The translations under genes and the position numbers were made by a program. A DNA stretch of 37,215 nt. Source: Coniocarpon cinnabarinum. Its lineage: Eukaryota. The stretch spans positions 1 through 37,215 of the forward strand of contig JAVECO010000210.1 of the NCBI GenBank assembly GCA_051942205.1, given 5' to 3'. Under the pieces are notes generated by a model that was given only the letters and a program-made list of their open reading frames with translations, did not search any database and was not told the origin of the DNA. Shown here in pieces: positions 32,053-37,215 of the stretch (position 1 is the stretch's first letter; every line of letters starts with the position of its first letter).

Positions 32053-33423
32053 ATGGCCACCGTGCTCCAGCGACAAGATGTTGACTACTTTGGGGCTGGA
32101 CCGGCGCCCTTACCAACAGGTGTGCTTGAGGAAGCAGCCAAGGCGCTACTAAATTACAATGGCATGGGCATTGGTATTGTCGAGATGTCACATCGTTCCC
32201 CTGAAGCAACGAAAGTGCTTGAGGACACCAAATTAGCGTTAAGACAACTGCTTGACATTCCAGAAGATTACGATGTCATCTTCACACAGGCTGGTGGCAG
32301 TGGACAGTTCAGTGAGGTCGTCTATCATATGGTGGCCGTCTGGGTGGAGCGAGAGCGCAGACGATGCGAACAGTTGTGGTCAGCCACGTCCATGGCCAAT
32401 GCTTCAGAAGAAGATAAGTTTGCAGAGCTAGAGAAAGTGGTTCGGCAGAACCTGCAACTAGATTACATTGTGACAGGCTCGTGGTCCTTGAAAGCGTCGC
32501 AAGAAGCAAGTCGGCTGGTGGGCAAAGATCATGTTCACATCATCACGGATGCTCGTGAAGCAAATGCCGGCAAATTCGGCGTGATACCATCAGAAGACAA
32601 ATGGAACCTCAGCAGGCCGACTGTGCTTGGTGCTGGCAACGAGCCTCAACCTCCAGCTCTGACGTATTACTGTGACAATGAGACCGTAGATGGAGTCGAA
32701 TTTCCCGGGTTCCCCAAAGTCCTCGAGACGTCAACGCCGGAAGATGATCGATTAGTCGTCGCTGACATGAGCTCAAACATACTCAGCCGGCGCGTCGACG
32801 TCTCCAAGTTCGCGGCGATCTTTGCCGGTGCTCAGAAGAATATTGGTACAACGGGCGTCGCGATTGTGCTCATTCGCAAATCGCTGCTTCAGGCTCCGCT
32901 GCCCAGCCCTGACTTGTTGCGGCGGTTGCAGCTACCCATAGGTCCAGTGGCTTTAGATTGGGCCACGTTAGCCAAGAACAATTCTTTGTACAATACTTTA
33001 CCAATCCTCGACGTCTGGATCGCTGGACAGGTCATGCTGAGGCTGTTACAAATCCACGGCTCGGCGAAAATCTCCGGCCAAGAGAACACGGCGAATACCA
33101 AGGCCAAGATGATCTACGATGTTCTTGAGGCGAAGCCCGACACATACCAAGTCGTGCCACACCGATCAGTAAGGAGTCGTATGAACATTTGCTTACGAGT
33201 GATGAACGGGTCCTCCGAACACGAAGATCGCTTTCTGAAGGGCGCCAAGTCTCTCAACCTCACCGGCCTCAAAGGTCATCGATCTGTTGGGGGCATCCGC
33301 ATCAGCAACTGTAAGTCATTGAGACCCACGATAGTTCTCGAGCTAATGTTTGCAGACAACGCCGTCTCTATGGAAGCCACTGAGAAGCTCGTGCAGTACC
33401 TGAAAGACTTTTCAGTATCATGA
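32053..33423 (+). CDS. SER1: Phosphoserine aminotransferase, ~441 aa; intron 33311-33355
   Basis: YFGAGPAPLP, EMSHRS, DYIVTGSWSLKA, YYCDNETVDGVEF, ADMSSNILSR, PLP lysine in GAQKNIG, RSRMNI and GLKGHRSVGGIRISN|YNA. Confidence 0.97.
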   Translation: MATVLQRQDVDYFGAGPAPLPTGVLEEAAKALLNYNGMGIGIVEMSHRSPEATKVLEDTKLALRQLLDIPEDYDVIFTQAGGSGQFSEVVYHMVAVWVERERRRCEQLWSATSMANASEEDKFAELEKVVRQNLQLDYIVTGSWSLKASQEASRLVGKDHVHIITDAREANAGKFGVIPSEDKWNLSRPTVLGAGNEPQPPALTYYCDNETVDGVEFPGFPKVLETSTPEDDRLVVADMSSNILSRRVDVSKFAAIFAGAQKNIGTTGVAIVLIRKSLLQAPLPSPDLLRRLQLPIGPVALDWATLAKNNSLYNTLPILDVWIAGQVMLRLLQIHGSAKISGQENTANTKAKMIYDVLEAKPDTYQVVPHRSVRSRMNICLRVMNGSSEHEDRFLKGAKSLNLTGLKGHRSVGGIRISNCKSLRPTIVLELMFADNAVSMEATEKLVQYLKDFSVS

Positions 33424-33745
33424 GCACAGCAGTTTGTATTGCGTCTTCAGCCAATGAAGGCGCATCACAATCTTCAACGCAAGGCTACTATATTTCTTCA
33501 ACAGCAATTTATCAATCAAGTCGTCATCTAAGACGGAGCCTGTTTAGGAATCTGATTCTCGTGAAATGTATACGTGTTTGTTCAGCAGACAGTGGAATAA
33601 ATAGCTGATGCCCTTTAAACATTACTAAAGAGCAAAATGCTGCCTGACTATTGAGGCAACACATGATTTCGTATTCAGAACATTGAACGATGCCCCCTCC
33701 TCATCAGCAGCAGTCCGGAGTTCAGGACGATCAAAGACTTCGATC

Positions 33746-36430
33746 ATGGCTCTAGAGATCCCCGAGATTCGCAATCTCAAGACGTGGGAGGATGCGTTCC
33801 AGTATCCAGTCCCGACTACCCGCGCTATCGAGAAAAGGTTGAAGAATGGCTTGACCGAAAACCACGACAAGCTTCGTACTTTAGTTGGGTACGTTGTAAG
33901 TTCCAAGGGGCCAAATCTCCGCGCCAACTGATGCCAGATACTCTGAAGAGCGAGCTATCGGGACTTATTGGGCACCGCCCGCACAATCATTGAGATTGAT
34001 GGTCGACTTCACGAGGTCGAAGACCTAACACGAGAAACCGGTCAGAGGACCAACTCGAGGCATTTTGACAGGTTGAGGGCCAATCTCTCTAGCCTTCATG
34101 AAAGCCAGCGTGCACTAAGTGGGTGCTTCGGAGCATAGGTTAGGATACATGCGGCTAATACAAGTCCAGATCATAACCATTTCGCTCTTTCGTCCAAACT
34201 TGCAACGCTAAAAGCTTCCCTTGCGGTTATCACTCGACTTCTCAAGTCAAACGGATCAAGCTTACTGATCGCCAAATTGCTGATATTGGGACGAATATTC
34301 GAGAAGTCGTTGACGGAAGAGAATGAGAATTCGACTATTGACAAGGCCAGCTCGAAGATTGCACAGCTGAGGCAGAGGCTCCTGAAAGCGGTTGACAAGC
34401 GGCTGTCGGGGGCCGCAGTTAATGTCAATGATCTTGTTGAAGATTTGAGTGCGTTTTGCTTAGTTACGAGCTCCGGCCCACTGGACGCCCTCAAGCATTT
34501 CCTAGCACATCGTCTTAAAGCTATACAACAAGATCGGGGTGTCACTCAGGAAAACGTTGGAGACCGCGTTCAAACTAGGCTTGACATCTTCGTCGACACG
34601 ATCAAACAATCAAAAGCCATCTTTCCCAACGTCATATCTTCCGCGTTGCGGAAGCTCAGTGCTCAGCCCTTACTTAAAGATTCAAGTATCAGATCGCTCG
34701 ATGAACTTGATCCTGAATTATACGGACCGTGGCTAGATGAGCCCATTCAGAACTACACACCGTGGACGCGTCATGGCGAGATCGACAGTCGACAAGCCAG
34801 TCAGCAGCTTCAGTCGTGGACTATCATCGGTTTGGCTTCCTTCACCAGTAAAATCGAAGCAGACCTCCCTACTTCGTCACAAGACGCCGCCGCCGTTGAC
34901 ATTGCGGTCTCCACGCGCAGACGCATACTGGAGTCTTGGCTTAGCGCTCGCAGTGTGAGACGTGGTGTCGATTCTCCCAATGCTCTGGACAAAATACGAC
35001 ATGCCTTCTTACGACATTGCTCAAAGCTTGTTGGCATTGCTGCCAAAGATCTCCTCGACTCAGTCACAGCCTCTTTGACAAAGCTTGACGATGATTATGA
35101 AAGCAAAGGGCCTATTCAATCCAGTGAACGACTGTGGGATATCTCATCCGACGGCGATTTGCTCGCTGACGGTGGTATGTCTTTCCGCGAGGCTGTGATT
35201 CGACGCCGACTCGGCACGACAGATGAGCTTCACACGGTCGGTGCGTCATGCAAGCAATGCATTGAAAGGCTAGAGGCCATGCATAGTGCCTTCAAAGCGA
35301 TGCGCGACACGCGTTGGGATGATGACTACGACGACTCGGACGAGGAGCGTTCTGAACCTGATGAGTCTACGACAACCATTCAGAATCTGTTGTCCCGCCA
35401 AGACCCAGATGCACTTTTACAAGAACTAAGACACGGATCCATCGCAATGGTGAAGTCCTTGGAATCGAAGCTTTCGGCTTATGCGGAATCACCAGCCTCT
35501 TGTAGCGGTGTTTTCCTACTGAGAATGATCAGGGAGCTACGATCTCGCCTGCCCGTCCTATATGCATCGCTCGAATGCACTGCTCCAGGTCAACTTTTCG
35601 CGCAAGAAACTGTAGCCCAGCTTCACAGCAGTCTCGCAGCATCTGTCGTGGACTCCGTTCTGGCGACTCAACGCTCGATCTGCGAAAAGCTCACCGAGCC
35701 ATTGAGTATTCGAGCGCTTTGGGAGGGGAGCCCACCTTTACCACTGCAGATTAGCCCAGTCACCTTTAAGCTTCTGCGCGCCCTCGTGAAAGAAATGGAA
35801 AGAGTCGGCTTTGACTTGTGGAATCCTGAAGCTGTCCAGGAGTTGAAGCGTAGAGCGAGCGCGTTGATCGTTGCACAGGTCCAACGTAAGATCTCTGATA
35901 CGATTGAAGAGAGGGGCATCGGTCCCTCTGACAACTCAGACGAGTCCTCAGACCACACAATTATGCTGAACGGCAACGAAAAGCAGATTGAAAGTGACAC
36001 GTCAGAAGATGTCAAGACGGCCACGGATCAGGGACATAATGAACAAGATACCGAAAACGCGCAAGATGTGTCACACAACGCCCAAGCATCAAACGCGAGC
36101 GCAGATACCGCAGACCAAACCGAAGACGACTCAAATGAGCCCGAATCCAAACCTGAAAGCCCATCCGCAGCTCCCAAGCAGCCCAAAGTACACCCAGACA
36201 ATCTCATTCAGCTCTTCTTCGACACGTTGTATCTCCAACAAGCGCTCCACCCCACATCCTCCTCGCAAATCTTACCTCAAGACGCAGCTGATCGGACGTT
36301 CGCGCCCTTGACCGAGGACCTCACGAAATGGTGCGGCATTGCAGATGCAGAGAAGGCGCGTTTGCAGAAGAACGCTAAAGACTATTGGAGGCGAACGTAT
36401 CTTTTATTTGGGTTGTTATGTAACGGATAA
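33746..36430 (+). CDS. COG1: Conserved oligomeric Golgi complex subunit 1-like (N-terminal Vps51/Vps67 domain), ~857 aa; introns 33889-33948 and 34119-34169
   Basis: TWEDAFQYPVPTTRAIEKRL...KLRTLVG|ASYRDLLGTA is the Vps51-type N-terminus. The C-terminal LWEGSPPLPLQIS, QLFFDTLYL and YWRRTYLLFGLL are typical of fungal Cog1. Confidence 0.8.
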
Positions 36431-37140
36431 TTCTCTTTCAACAGCGATGCCGATTAAGCGTGCTATTCTGATTCGAGCGCAGGCGTGTCGTGTTTGAAAG
36501 AACTCTTCGGCAAGTCGCGAGCCGTGATGCGTACACGACCATGGTAGACTGCTGCTCTGTCGTGAGGCTATCGATTACTCACAGAAATGCTTTGTGCTAT
36601 AGAGGTGCTGGCAGTTTGAGGCAGCGTTGCAATGTCTCGCGAGTGAGCTGTCTTGTGCTTGTGCAGCACATTGCTGTCTTGTGGCCGGATTCGCGAACAG
36701 CGCAGAGCCTACTGGTTATTGCTGTGCGAACGGCTTACCTCTGCTTTGCGCCGCGTTTCGCTCGCAGCTCTGCATGTGTCTCGGTACTGATGCCTGCTGT
36801 ACCCACGCCAGGGCGACGCGTAGAACAGCTCAATTGTTTGCGTGGGCCAAAAGCCGTCCCAGATTTCTGGTACCCAGATTCCTTGTGTAGCTTGCATGGG
36901 CGTAGCAACGAGATATCGACGCTGTGCAACGGCAACTTGGAGTATGAGTACATTCTTTCTATGAAGCACAGTAAGCTATACACACGAATTACAGAATCTG
37001 TACACCACATCTCATCCATCTGTCCAAACCATCTCACACGGCCAGCACGGAAATCCTTCCACCTGTACATATCCATTCATCACCGCCACCGATCCATCTC
37101 ATACACAACCATTGATCACCACAGTCCATCCGTCCCATAC

Positions 37141-37170
37141 CCATCCATCCATCCATCACCATCCACCCAT
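37141..37170 (+). repeat. Short (CCAT)n microsatellite in a C/A-rich low-complexity tract
   Basis: CCATCCATCCATCCATCACCATCCACCCAT at the right edge. Confidence 0.7.
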
Positions 37171-37215
37171 CGAACACATCATCACCACCCAAAAACCCCC
37201 GCCACACTCGAAATC

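Overview
Gene-dense segment of a filamentous ascomycete (Pezizomycotina-type) chromosome, with short GT-AG introns carrying CTRAC/CTRAY branch sites. No prokaryotic features, tRNA, rRNA, CRISPR array or recognisable transposon were found. Hand-splicing gives about 20 genes. Most are housekeeping: SLD7-like, an SDR, PRE5, VPS55, LOG, CLPTM1-like, SEC22, CDC123, CWC21, LYS4, SER1 and COG1-like. The rest are a secreted PI-PLC-like phosphodiesterase, a GNAT and several spliced orphan genes. Two features stand out. (1) A nuclear protein appears to fuse an Asx-homology/DEUBAD deubiquitinase-activating domain to a RAMA-like putative modified-DNA reader; it has three TTTCGCGC elements upstream and four TGCATAGCG elements downstream. 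(2) A secreted heme-thiolate peroxygenase has non-canonical motifs (ICP, EID, Trp at the usual catalytic Arg position) and a GC-AG intron. All family calls come from motif recognition by eye, not database searches.
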